Shown: positions 35,667-44,476 of the stretch, one piece after another
Position numbering within the stretch: the first letter of the stretch is position 1
How the letters are laid out: every line of letters begins with the position of its first letter
Assembly: GCA_047602405.1 (NCBI GenBank)
Contig: JASGHJ010000002.1
Coordinates: 2,400,001 to 2,464,000 of the forward strand
Reading direction: 5' to 3'
Origin: Anaeromyxobacteraceae bacterium
Lineage (GTDB): Bacteria; Myxococcota; Myxococcia; Myxococcales; Anaeromyxobacteraceae
DNA length: 64,000 bases
Position numbers and translations under genes: made by a program
The notes under the pieces: generated by a model
The model's input: the letters and a program-made list of their open reading frames with translations, nothing else
The model's database searches: none
Told to the model about the DNA's origin: nothing

Positions 35667-36521
35667 GTGATGACGGAGCGCCAGGTGAAGGACGTGATCG
35701 TGCCGATGGCGGCGAGCGACGGCGCCGGCGTGCGCCTGAAGCGCAGCATCGCGACGCCCTACCTCGACCACCTCGACCCGTTCTTCCTCTTCGACCACTT
35801 CGGGTCCGACAACGCAGACGACTACGTCGCCGGCTTCCCCATGCACCCGCACCGCGGCATCGAGACCATCACGTACATGCTCGACGGCAGCGTCTCGCAT
35901 CGTGACAGCCTCGGCAACGAGGGCACCATCGGCGCGGGCGACGTGCAGTGGATGACCGCGGGCAGCGGCATCATGCACGAGGAGATGCCGCACGCCGGCC
36001 CGAAGCGGCTCGACGGCTTCCGAATCTGGGTGAACCTGCCGCGGAAGCTCAAGATGACCGCGCCGCGCTACCAGGACGTCCCCGGCGCGAGCATCCCGGA
36101 GGTCGCGACCGCCGCCGGCGCGAAGGTGCGGGTGGTGGCCGGGAAGGTCGAGGGCGTGGAGGGCGCGGTGAAGGACATCTTCGCCGGCCCGACGTACCTC
36201 GACGTGAAGCTCCCCGCGGGCGGCACCTTCGAGCAGCCGGTCCCGCGCGGCCACACCGGGCTCCTCTACGTCTACGGCGGCGAGGTGGACGTGGCCGGGA
36301 AGGCCGTCGCCGCGACGCGCCTCGCCATCCTCTCCGACGGCGACGTCCTGCGCGCCCGGGCCCCGGGCGCGCCGGCGCGGTTCCTGCTCCTCTCCGCCCA
36401 GCCGCTCGAGGAGCCGGCGGTGCGGTACGGGCCGTTCGTCATGAACACCGAGGACGAGATCCGCCAGGCCATCCGGGAGCTCCGGAACGGCACGTTCGTG
36501 AAGACCACCGCGGCGCGGTAG
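35667..36521 (+). CDS. Pirin family protein
   Basis: DPFFLFDHF, GFPMHPHRGIETITY, HRDSLGN, QWMTAGSGIMHEE, YGPFVMN. Confidence 0.95.
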   Translation: MMTERQVKDVIVPMAASDGAGVRLKRSIATPYLDHLDPFFLFDHFGSDNADDYVAGFPMHPHRGIETITYMLDGSVSHRDSLGNEGTIGAGDVQWMTAGSGIMHEEMPHAGPKRLDGFRIWVNLPRKLKMTAPRYQDVPGASIPEVATAAGAKVRVVAGKVEGVEGAVKDIFAGPTYLDVKLPAGGTFEQPVPRGHTGLLYVYGGEVDVAGKAVAATRLAILSDGDVLRARAPGAPARFLLLSAQPLEEPAVRYGPFVMNTEDEIRQAIRELRNGTFVKTTAAR

Positions 36522-36533
36522 GCTCCGGGGCTC

Positions 36534-38450
36534 ATGGCCCTCCACCGTCGCGAGTTCCTCTCCCTCTCCGCCCTCGGCGCGCTCGGGCTCTCCGCCTCCG
36601 ACGCGCTCGCCCTCGCCGAGGTGGCCGGCCCGGCGCCCCGGCTCGAGCCCTTCCCGCTGTCCCGGGTCCGGCTCCTCGACGGCCCGCTGCGCGACGCCGC
36701 GGCCGTGAACCGCCGGCACCTCCTCGCGCTCGACCCGGACCGGCTCCTCCACACCTTCCGGCTCACCGCGGGGTTGCCGTCGTCGGCCGCGCCGCTCGGC
36801 GGCTGGGAGTCGCCCGACAACGAGCTCCGCGGCCACTTCACCGGCCACCTCCTGTCGGCCTGCGCGCAGGCGGGCGCCCACGACGGGGACGCCGCGCTCC
36901 GCGCCCGCGGCGTCGTGCTCGTCGAGGGCCTCGCCGCGTGCCAGGCCCGGCTCGGCACGGGCTACCTCTCGGCGTTCCCGGAGGAGCTCTTCGACCGCCT
37001 GCGAGCGGGGAAGCCCGCGTGGGCGCCGTTCTACACGCTGCACAAGCTCATGGCCGGGCTCCTCGACAGCTGGCAGCTCTCCGGGAGCGACACGGCCAGG
37101 AAGGTGCTGCACGGGATGGTCGAGTGGACCGCCCGCTGGGTGCAGCCGCTCGGCGAGGACGCCATGGCGCGCGTGCTCGAGCGCGAGTACGGCGGGATGA
37201 ACGAGACCCTCTACGCGTACGCCGCCCTCACCGGCCAGGCGCGCTGGCGCGAGCTCGCGCACCGCTTCGACCGCGAACGGATCCTCGGCCCGCTCGCCGC
37301 CGGGAAGGACGAGCTCCAGAGGCTGCACGTCAACACGACGATCCCTCAGGTGATCGGCGCCGCCCGCGGCGCGGAGGTGACCGGCGACGCCCGGCTCGGC
37401 CGCGCGGCGCGGTACCTCTGGGCCACCGTCACCGAGCGGCGCTGTTACTGCACGGGGGGCACCAGCAACGAGGAGTCCTGGAACCGGCCGCCCGGCGAGC
37501 TCGCGCAGGAGCTCTCCGGCTACACGCAGGAGTGCTGCGTCACCTACAACCTCAGGAAGCTCGGCCGGCACCTGCTCGCCTGGACCGGCGACGCGCGGAT
37601 CGCCGACCACCACGAGCGCACGCTCTGGAACGGCATCCTCGGCGTGCAGCACCCCGCCGACGGCGCGAAGCTCTACTACGTGCCGCTCGCGCCGGGCTTC
37701 TGGAAGCTTTTCGGGACCCCGCTCCACGACTTCTGGTGCTGCAGCGGGAGCATGGCCGAGGCGTTCGCGACGCTCGGCGAGGGCGTGTACTGGAAGGACG
37801 ATCGCGGCCTCTACGTGAGCCAGTACGTCGCGTCCACGCTCGACTGGACCGAGCAGGGCCTGCGGCTCGAGCAGCGGACCCGCTTCCCCGCCGAGGACAC
37901 CGTCCGCTTCACCGTCCACGCCGCCCGCCCCGTGCGCACGACGATCCGCTTCCGCGTCCCCGGCTGGTGCCGCGGCGGCGCGGCCACGCTGAACGGCCGC
38001 GCGCTCGAGGCGTTCGCCGAGCCCGGCAGCTGGTTCGCGCTCTCGCGCGAGTGGCGCGACGGGGACCGCCTCGAGCTCAGGCTCCCCATGCGCCTCGCCG
38101 CCGCGCCGATGCCGGACGACCCGGACCTCGTCGCCGCCACCCACGGCCCCGTGGTGCTCGCGGCCCGCCTCGGCGCTGAGGGGCTCACCGACGCCACCCG
38201 TCGCGCGCCGCCCACGAAGCCCCGGACGGTGCCGGAGTACCCGCTCCCCGCGGTGCCCGCACCGGACGTGGTCGCGGCCTCGACCGATCCCTCGACCTGG
38301 CTCGAGCCCGTGCCGGGGAAGCCCCTCGAGTTCCAGACCCGCGGCCAGGCGCGGCCGCTGCGCCTCTCGCCGCTCATGGACGTCTTCGACGAGCGGTACG
38401 CGGTGTATCTGAGGGTGAGGCCGGAGGCCGGGAAGGCCGGGCAGCCGTGA
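36534..38450 (+). CDS. Glycoside hydrolase family 127/146-like (beta-L-arabinofuranosidase), Tat-exported
   Basis: RREFL Tat motif; GGWE…LRGHFTGH.LSA, EYGGMNE, HVNTTIP, ECCVTYN, FWCCSG. Confidence 0.9.
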   Translation: MALHRREFLSLSALGALGLSASDALALAEVAGPAPRLEPFPLSRVRLLDGPLRDAAAVNRRHLLALDPDRLLHTFRLTAGLPSSAAPLGGWESPDNELRGHFTGHLLSACAQAGAHDGDAALRARGVVLVEGLAACQARLGTGYLSAFPEELFDRLRAGKPAWAPFYTLHKLMAGLLDSWQLSGSDTARKVLHGMVEWTARWVQPLGEDAMARVLEREYGGMNETLYAYAALTGQARWRELAHRFDRERILGPLAAGKDELQRLHVNTTIPQVIGAARGAEVTGDARLGRAARYLWATVTERRCYCTGGTSNEESWNRPPGELAQELSGYTQECCVTYNLRKLGRHLLAWTGDARIADHHERTLWNGILGVQHPADGAKLYYVPLAPGFWKLFGTPLHDFWCCSGSMAEAFATLGEGVYWKDDRGLYVSQYVASTLDWTEQGLRLEQRTRFPAEDTVRFTVHAARPVRTTIRFRVPGWCRGGAATLNGRALEAFAEPGSWFALSREWRDGDRLELRLPMRLAAAPMPDDPDLVAATHGPVVLAARLGAEGLTDATRRAPPTKPRTVPEYPLPAVPAPDVVAASTDPSTWLEPVPGKPLEFQTRGQARPLRLSPLMDVFDERYAVYLRVRPEAGKAGQP

Positions 38451-38908
38451 GCCGGCGAGCGGGCCTCCTCCTGCTGGTCCTGGCCGCGGCCGCCTGCAAG
38501 GGGCAGCCGACGGAGCGAGAGCAGGCCGAGGCCGTCATCCGGGACCTCCAGCGGTCGCACGTCGACGCCAACGTCCCGACGGAGGCAGACTTCGACCGGC
38601 TGCTTCGCCGCGATCTCACGGGCTACTTCACCAGGCTCCGGAATGCTCCGGTCGAGGCCAGCTACGAACTCCTGCGCGAAAGCCCGACGCAGTCCGGGAT
38701 CGCCTTCCCGAAGTACTACCTCTGGATACGCCTGGGGCCTGGAGGCCAGCCGAAGGACCGCGGCGCGGTGCGCGTGGCGGCCATCCAGGGCGAGCGGTTC
38801 GAGGTGACGGACTTCCTCTCCGAGGAGGACATCCGGCAGGGCGCCCGGATCGAGCAGGTGTTCCCGGAGCCCGTCTGCGAGCGGATCCGCGGGTTGATGG
38901 GCCGGTAG
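38447..38908 (+). CDS. Hypothetical lipoprotein
   Basis: Lipobox AAAC; coupled to the GH gene; PTQSGIAFPKYYLW motif. Confidence 0.7.
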   Translation: MSRRAGLLLLVLAAAACKGQPTEREQAEAVIRDLQRSHVDANVPTEADFDRLLRRDLTGYFTRLRNAPVEASYELLRESPTQSGIAFPKYYLWIRLGPGGQPKDRGAVRVAAIQGERFEVTDFLSEEDIRQGARIEQVFPEPVCERIRGLMGR

Positions 38909-38934
38909 GGCGCTCGCGGGACCGGGCAGCCGCC

Positions 38935-39678
38935 CATCTTGAATTCGGCAGAGATCGTCAGGGAGGCGGATCAGCCGCCGCCGACCGGCGTCTCGTCCAC
39001 CTCCAGGAGCCCGTGCCTCCTCCAGCCGGTCGAGAGCAGCCATGACTGCGCCGGCGCGACGAACCGATCGCCGCCGGGCTCGGGATCGACGTGGCGCCAG
39101 CCGTCGAACCAGCGGCCCGAGGAGCGCGGATCGATCCAGGTCGGGTCGACGATGCGGTCCGCCTGCTTCGGCGTGTGGCGGCGGGCGTTCTGGAGGACGT
39201 AGACGAGGGCGTTGCGCACCTCGCGCGGGGTCTTGAGGAGCCTCACGTGGTGGCGGTCGCGGAACACCGCGCCGCTGCGCCCGAGTGCAGCGTTGAGGCC
39301 GCGGGCGATGCGCACGGAGAGGCCCTGGATGGTGCGGGAGAGCGCCTCGGGGGAAGTCGCCTCCACGACCAGGTGCAGGTGGTTGGAGATCACGACGAAG
39401 TGCACGACGCGCGCGCCGCTGCGCTCCCGAAGGCCCTCGAGCGCCCGCACGACGACTGCGAAGGGCTCCGGGCCGCGCAGGCTCGGGAGGCCGTCGACCG
39501 TCCGCAGCGTCACGTGCGCGGGGAAGTTCCTGGTTATTCGGGGCCGCCGGACGTGCGAGACGCGCTCCGGGTTGCGCGGGCGGCCCGCGCCCGGGCGGCG
39601 CCCTCCGTGCGAGCGGAAGGGGAGGTCGCGCTGCGCGCGCTGTGCGGGTCGCCGTGGCATCTTGAATTCGGCAGAGAT
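38935..39678 (-). mobile_element. Putative HUH (IS200-like/RAYT) element bounded by 21-bp direct repeats
   Basis: CATCTTGAATTCGGCAGAGAT at 38935-38955 and 39658-39678 encloses the transposase gene. Confidence 0.6.
38971..39660 (-). CDS. Y1/HUH tyrosine transposase (REP-associated/IS200-like)
   Basis: HVTLR, HUH motif SNHLHLVVE, VFRDRH, catalytic Tyr in YVLQNARRH; N-terminal GGRRPGAGRP. Confidence 0.88.
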   Translation of the reverse strand: MPRRPAQRAQRDLPFRSHGGRRPGAGRPRNPERVSHVRRPRITRNFPAHVTLRTVDGLPSLRGPEPFAVVVRALEGLRERSGARVVHFVVISNHLHLVVEATSPEALSRTIQGLSVRIARGLNAALGRSGAVFRDRHHVRLLKTPREVRNALVYVLQNARRHTPKQADRIVDPTWIDPRSSGRWFDGWRHVDPEPGGDRFVAPAQSWLLSTGWRRHGLLEVDETPVGGG

Positions 39679-39802
39679 GATCGGATGGGCCTCCGACACT
39701 CGCCGATCCGGCACCGCCCGCCTCCCTGCGCTCTTTGCCGACCCCGGCAACATGCTCTACAACCGCCCGAGGCCAGCTGGAGCGGAGGAGCGCGAAAGGA
39801 CC

Positions 39803-40228
39803 ATGACGAGCGAAGAGGCGACGAACAGGAACAAGCAGGCGGTGGTGCGCTTCAACAAGGAGGTCATCGAGGGCGGCAGCGAGGCCGTCTTTCGCGAGCT
39901 CATGGCGCCGGACTTCGTGAACCGCACCGCCGCGCCCGGGAGCCCCGCCGGCGCGGAGGGCATGCTCTTCACCTTCAACCAGGTCCTCCGCCCCGCGCTC
40001 CCCGACCTCACCGTGGAGATCCACGATCAGGTCGCCGAGGGGGACAAGGTGACGACGCGCAAGACGCTCCGCGGGACGCACCGCGGGACGCTCCTCGGCG
40101 TGGCCGCCACGAACAGGCCGATCGCGATCGAGGTGATCGACATCGTCCGGCTGCGCGACGGTCGCTACGTCGAGCACTGGGGCATCAACACCCTGCAGGG
40201 CGTGCTCGCCCAGCTGCGCGCCGGCTAG
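39803..40228 (+). CDS. SnoaL-like ester cyclase
   Basis: NKQAVVRF, PDL.VEIHDQVAEGDKV, GTHRG..LGVAAT, VEHW. Confidence 0.9.
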   Translation: MTSEEATNRNKQAVVRFNKEVIEGGSEAVFRELMAPDFVNRTAAPGSPAGAEGMLFTFNQVLRPALPDLTVEIHDQVAEGDKVTTRKTLRGTHRGTLLGVAATNRPIAIEVIDIVRLRDGRYVEHWGINTLQGVLAQLRAG

Positions 40229-40400
40229 GCACGCCCCCCCCCGCCGGGTCGGGTGACCTCGTCGGCTTCGTGCATCGCCCCCCCGGGTCCGCGCGGCCCG
40301 GCGGCGCGGGCTCCGACCGCGGGTCCCGATCTCCGGCTCGGGTGGGGGTCGATGTTCCCTGGCGCGGGGCTCGGGGGTCGAACCGGCAGGAGGTCCGATC

Positions 40401-40793
40401 ATGTCGGCCAAGCTGGTCTCGTCCCTCGCCCTCACCGTCACCCTCGCCGCGTGTGGAGGCAGCTCCTCGGAAAGCGGGGCGCCGGGCGGGTGCACGCCGG
40501 GCACCTCGGCGAGCATCGCCATCTCCGCGAGCGGCGTCTCGCCCAAGGCGGTCTGCGTGAAGCCGGGCGGGACCGTGACGTTCACGAACAACGACACCGC
40601 GGCGCACGACATCGAGTCCGGCGCCACCTGCACGGCCCTCAACCTCGGCGCCATCGCCGCGGCGGGGACCGCCACCGCCACCTTCCCGACCGCGCAGACC
40701 TGCACCTTCCACGACCAGGGGGATCCGTCGAACACGGCGTTCCAGGGCACCGTGGCCGTGTCGAGCGGCCAGGTCACCGGCCCCGGGTACTGA
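40401..40793 (+). CDS. Cupredoxin-fold lipoprotein
   Basis: Lipobox LAAC; SP..V.VKPGGTVTFTNND…H; CTFHD…GTVAV. Confidence 0.7.
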   Translation: MSAKLVSSLALTVTLAACGGSSSESGAPGGCTPGTSASIAISASGVSPKAVCVKPGGTVTFTNNDTAAHDIESGATCTALNLGAIAAAGTATATFPTAQTCTFHDQGDPSNTAFQGTVAVSSGQVTGPGY

Positions 40794-40797
40794 CCGC

Positions 40798-41922
40798 ATG
40801 CCCCGCCACCGCCTCGCGGCGCTCGCCGCAGCCCTCGCCGCGTCCGCCTGCTCGTCGGACACCGCCTCCCTGACCCCGCTCGCCTGGGAGAAGGTGCCGG
40901 GGTCGGGGGCCGCGGGCGCCCTCGTCGACCTCGGCGCGGCCGGCGCCTTCGACGAGCGCGGGGTGTTCACCGTGAGCACGCTCGTGCACGACGGCGAGGT
41001 CTTGCTCTACTACGGCGGCGCCGACGCGACCGGCGACGCGGCGTGCCCGGGCATCAACGACGCTCGCTGGCGCCCCGGCCTCGCCCGGTCCGTCGACGGC
41101 GTGCACTTCACGCGGGTGGCCGGCGACGGCCCGGGCGGCGCGCTCCTCGACGTGGGCGCCGCGGGCAGCTTCGACTCGTTCCTCGCCTACCGCCCGTTCG
41201 TGCTCGAGGACGGCGGGACCTTCCGCATGTGGTTCAACGGCTCGACGAAGCCGTTCAACTGCCCCACCGGCACGCTCGCGAACGACCGGCGCGTGGGGTA
41301 CGCGGAGTCGACCGACGGCGTGCACTGGACCAAGCGGTACGACGGCGACGGCCCGGGCGGCAGCGTCCTCCCGCTCGGCGCGCAGGGCGAGTTCGACGCG
41401 CAGCAGGTCGGGTACGTCTGGGTGATGAAGGACGGCGCCGGGTACCGGATGTACTACTCGGCGAACGACGTCCTCAACTACTGGCGGGTCGGGCTGGCGG
41501 TGTCGACCGACGCGCGCCACTGGACGAAGGTGCGCGGCAAGGGGGCCACCGGCGCGGTGCTCGACCTCGGTGGCGACGGCGAGTTCGACGCCGCCTGCGC
41601 CTACCAGCCCACCGTGGTGAAGGAGCGGGCCGACCTCTGGCGCATGTGGTACCGCGCCTGCGCCCAGCCCGGACCGGCCGGCGGGCCGAGCCGCGGCGAG
41701 ATTGGCTACGCCGAGTCGAACGACGGCGTCACCTGGGTGAAGCTCCCCCAGCCCACCACCGCGAGCGGCGCCGCGCTGACGATGGGCGGGACGGGCGCCT
41801 TCGACTCGGTCGGGCTCACGACACCCTCCGCGTTCCTCCAGGGCGACACCTGGAACCTGTACTACGCGGGCTTCGACGCGACCGGGCGGTTCCTGCCCGG
41901 GCTGGCGAGGGCGCCGCGGTGA
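40798..41922 (+). CDS. Five-bladed beta-propeller lipoprotein (glycosidase-like, Asp-box repeats)
   Basis: Lipobox ASAC; five G(A/S)xxxxGxxGxFD repeats; SxD(G/A)xx(W/F) boxes; MWF/MYY/MWY/LYY strands. Confidence 0.75.
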   Translation: MPRHRLAALAAALAASACSSDTASLTPLAWEKVPGSGAAGALVDLGAAGAFDERGVFTVSTLVHDGEVLLYYGGADATGDAACPGINDARWRPGLARSVDGVHFTRVAGDGPGGALLDVGAAGSFDSFLAYRPFVLEDGGTFRMWFNGSTKPFNCPTGTLANDRRVGYAESTDGVHWTKRYDGDGPGGSVLPLGAQGEFDAQQVGYVWVMKDGAGYRMYYSANDVLNYWRVGLAVSTDARHWTKVRGKGATGAVLDLGGDGEFDAACAYQPTVVKERADLWRMWYRACAQPGPAGGPSRGEIGYAESNDGVTWVKLPQPTTASGAALTMGGTGAFDSVGLTTPSAFLQGDTWNLYYAGFDATGRFLPGLARAPR

Positions 41923-42677
41923 GGCTCCTGGCCGCGCTCGCCGCGACGCTCGCGCTCGCCGGTCCCGCGCGGGCGCAGACGATGCTCGACCAGGAGCAGC
42001 GGCTCATCGACATCCACTCCCTCCTCCTCGATCTCCCGGCCGTGCAGGCCCCGGGCGCGCTCGCGGCGGGCGAGCTCTCCGCCTCCGTGGAGCTCGTCAC
42101 CATCCCCACCATCGACGGGACGACCGGCTCGAAGCGGCAGATCACCGCGTCCGACCGGACCCCGGTGTTCCCCCGCCCCCGGCTGGCCCTCGGCCTCCCC
42201 CTCGGGGACCGGCTGCGCGCCTTCCTGGGCGGCGCGTACATCCCGCCGGTCCGCATCAACGAGGTCTCGACGCACGACCTGTCGGCGGAGGCAGGCGTCG
42301 CGCTCTCGGCCGGCTGGCTGCGGGCCGGGCTGCGGCTGCACGGGATCCTGGCGCGCTCGTCGTCCCCGGTGACCGACCCCGCGACGCGGGATGTCCTCAC
42401 CACGAGGATGGGCGGCGCGGAGGTCTCGATCGGCGCGAGCCTCGCCGCCGGCCCCGTACTCCGCGTGGAGCCCTACGCCTCGGCCGGGGTCGTCTCGCTG
42501 CGCGGGCGGTTCCGCGTGACGAGCGACGGGAACGTCCTCACGAGCCGCCACACCGGCCCGGCGCTGGCCGCCGGCGCCCGCCTGCTCGTGCGAGGCCGCC
42601 TCGAGCTCGCGGGCGAGGTGAACGCCTATCCCGGCCGGCTCGTGCACCCCGCCCTGCGCGCCGGCTGGGTCTTCTGA
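41919..42677 (+). CDS. Hypothetical exported protein, probable outer-membrane beta-barrel
   Basis: GTG overlaps the previous stop; signal peptide; alternating strands; C-terminal LRAGWVF (terminal Phe). Confidence 0.65.
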   Translation: MRLLAALAATLALAGPARAQTMLDQEQRLIDIHSLLLDLPAVQAPGALAAGELSASVELVTIPTIDGTTGSKRQITASDRTPVFPRPRLALGLPLGDRLRAFLGGAYIPPVRINEVSTHDLSAEAGVALSAGWLRAGLRLHGILARSSSPVTDPATRDVLTTRMGGAEVSIGASLAAGPVLRVEPYASAGVVSLRGRFRVTSDGNVLTSRHTGPALAAGARLLVRGRLELAGEVNAYPGRLVHPALRAGWVF

Positions 42678-42689
42678 CGCGGGCCCCCC

Positions 42690-43307
42690 ATGACCGGCCT
42701 CCTCCCCGCCCTGCTCCTCCTCGCCGCCCAGGCGAACCCGGTGACGCTGCACGCCGGCCCCGGCGACGGGCGCCTCGTGATCCACGCCTTCAAGAAGGGG
42801 CTCTTCTCGGCGTTCGCGCACGACCACGCGTTCGAGGCCGGAGCGTTCTCCGTGCGCGCCGTCCTCCCCGACGGCGATCCGGTGCGCGCCGAGGTCGAGG
42901 TCGTCGTGGACGCGCGGACGCTCGAGGACCACGCGGAGGGGCTCTCGGCGGCCAACCGCCGGAAGGTCTCGGCGCAGGCGCGCGGTCCGGAGCACCTCGA
43001 CGCGGAGCGCTTCCCCGAGGTGCGCTGGACCTGCGAGGGGCTGGCGCTCGACCCGCCGGGCCCGGAGGGCGTGCGCGCGGGCCGCGCCCGCGGCGTGCTG
43101 GACCTGCATGGCGTGCGGCGGCCGGTGGTCCTCGAGGTCGAGCTCGAGCCCGAGGGCGGACGCTGGCGCGTCCGGGCGCACGGCAAGTTCCGCCAGAGCG
43201 AGTTCGGCGTGCACCCCTTCTCCGGGATGGGCGGCGCCCTGGCGGTGAAGGACGAGGTGGAGCTCGAGGTGTCGCTCACCCTCGGCGCCGCGGCCGCCGC
43301 CCCCTGA
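42690..43307 (+). CDS. YceI family protein
   Basis: GLFSAFAHDH, LDAERFPEV, LDLHGVRRPV, QSEFGV.P, VKDEV. Confidence 0.85.
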   Translation: MTGLLPALLLLAAQANPVTLHAGPGDGRLVIHAFKKGLFSAFAHDHAFEAGAFSVRAVLPDGDPVRAEVEVVVDARTLEDHAEGLSAANRRKVSAQARGPEHLDAERFPEVRWTCEGLALDPPGPEGVRAGRARGVLDLHGVRRPVVLEVELEPEGGRWRVRAHGKFRQSEFGVHPFSGMGGALAVKDEVELEVSLTLGAAAAAP

Positions 43308-43399
43308 GCCCGCCGCGCCTGCGGGCGGACCGGAGCCGGCTCGCCCGCTGCGACCACGACCGCGGTTGCGCAGGTTGATCGGTCTCGAGGGAGGGGACC

Positions 43400-43870
43400 A
43401 TGCGCAAGAAGCGGTCGGGTGGGAGCTGGACGGCGTTTCTCCTGGGCGCGGGCATCGGGGCGCTCGCGATGGCGCTCCTCGACCCGCGGAGCGGGAGGGC
43501 GCGGCGGGCGCGGCTGTCCGAGAAGACGGGCGCCCTCGGCCGGCAGGCCGCGAAGGAGGCCCGGCACCGGACCCAGGACGCCGCCCAGCGCGCGCAGGGC
43601 CGCCGGCACGAGCTCGAGCACCGGGACGAGGAGGTCACCGACGCGCTCCTCGTCGAGCGGGTCCGGGCCCAGCTCGGCAAGCGCACCCACCACGCGCGGG
43701 CGATCGAGGTCCGCGCCGGGCACGGCCGGGTCGTCCTCTCCGGCCCCGTCCTCCGCGCCGACCTCGACGGGGTCGTCGAGATCGTCGGCAAGATCCGGGG
43801 CGTGAAGGGGATCGACAACCGGCTCGACGTTCACGACCAGCCGGGGGACGAGCCGCGGCTGCAGGGGTAG
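43400..43870 (+). CDS. BON domain protein with N-terminal YtxH-like membrane anchor
   Basis: GAGIGA..LLDPRSGRARRA; D..LVERVRA.L; V.LSG; GVKGIDNRL. Confidence 0.85.
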   Translation: MRKKRSGGSWTAFLLGAGIGALAMALLDPRSGRARRARLSEKTGALGRQAAKEARHRTQDAAQRAQGRRHELEHRDEEVTDALLVERVRAQLGKRTHHARAIEVRAGHGRVVLSGPVLRADLDGVVEIVGKIRGVKGIDNRLDVHDQPGDEPRLQG

Positions 43871-43892
43871 CCGTCCCTCGACCGGCGCCGGC

Positions 43893-44366
43893 TCACGGCG
43901 AACGGGCCGGACGGGACCGGGCGCCGAGCACCGCGCCGAAGACGAGGTGCGAGCCCAGCATGGCCGAGGGCCGGCCGGCGCGGTCCCGGTGCGGCGGGGC
44001 GAGGAGCCCGAGCGCCGGGATCCAGCCCGCATAGCTCGCCGCCCAGACGAGCCCGCCGTACGCGCAGCCGAGCGCGACCGCCGCAGGGAGCGCGCGCGGG
44101 GTCCGCCCCGCCGCCTCGAACAGCGCGCCCGCGGCGGCGCCGAAGCCGAGGTGTGCGAGGAGCGAGAGCGCGTTCACGGCCGCCTCCGGCGTGTGGCGCC
44201 GGAGACCCGCCGCGCCGAGCGCGCGCTCGACGAGGTGCCTGGGTGGCGGCTTCCCCAGGAGCCCCGCCCGCCGCGCGCCCCACATCGCGGCGCTCATCAC
44301 CCCCGTCGCGACGACCCCGTCCCAGGCGCCCGCGAGCGCCCTCCGCACCCGCCCGTTCTCTCGCAT
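43893..44366 (-). CDS. Hypothetical membrane protein
   Basis: G.VATGVMS, HLGFGA, WAASYAGWIPALG, SHLVFG; about four hydrophobic segments. Confidence 0.75.
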   Translation of the reverse strand: MRENGRVRRALAGAWDGVVATGVMSAAMWGARRAGLLGKPPPRHLVERALGAAGLRRHTPEAAVNALSLLAHLGFGAAAGALFEAAGRTPRALPAAVALGCAYGGLVWAASYAGWIPALGLLAPPHRDRAGRPSAMLGSHLVFGAVLGARSRPARSP

Positions 44367-44476
44367 CTCGAAGCCCCCTGCGGACGATGCGCCCCGGGTC
44401 CGCGCGCCGCCACCGCGACGACGGGCGCGGGTGACGCCCTTCCCCCGGGCGGCCCATACCCGGTAGGGTACGCCGC

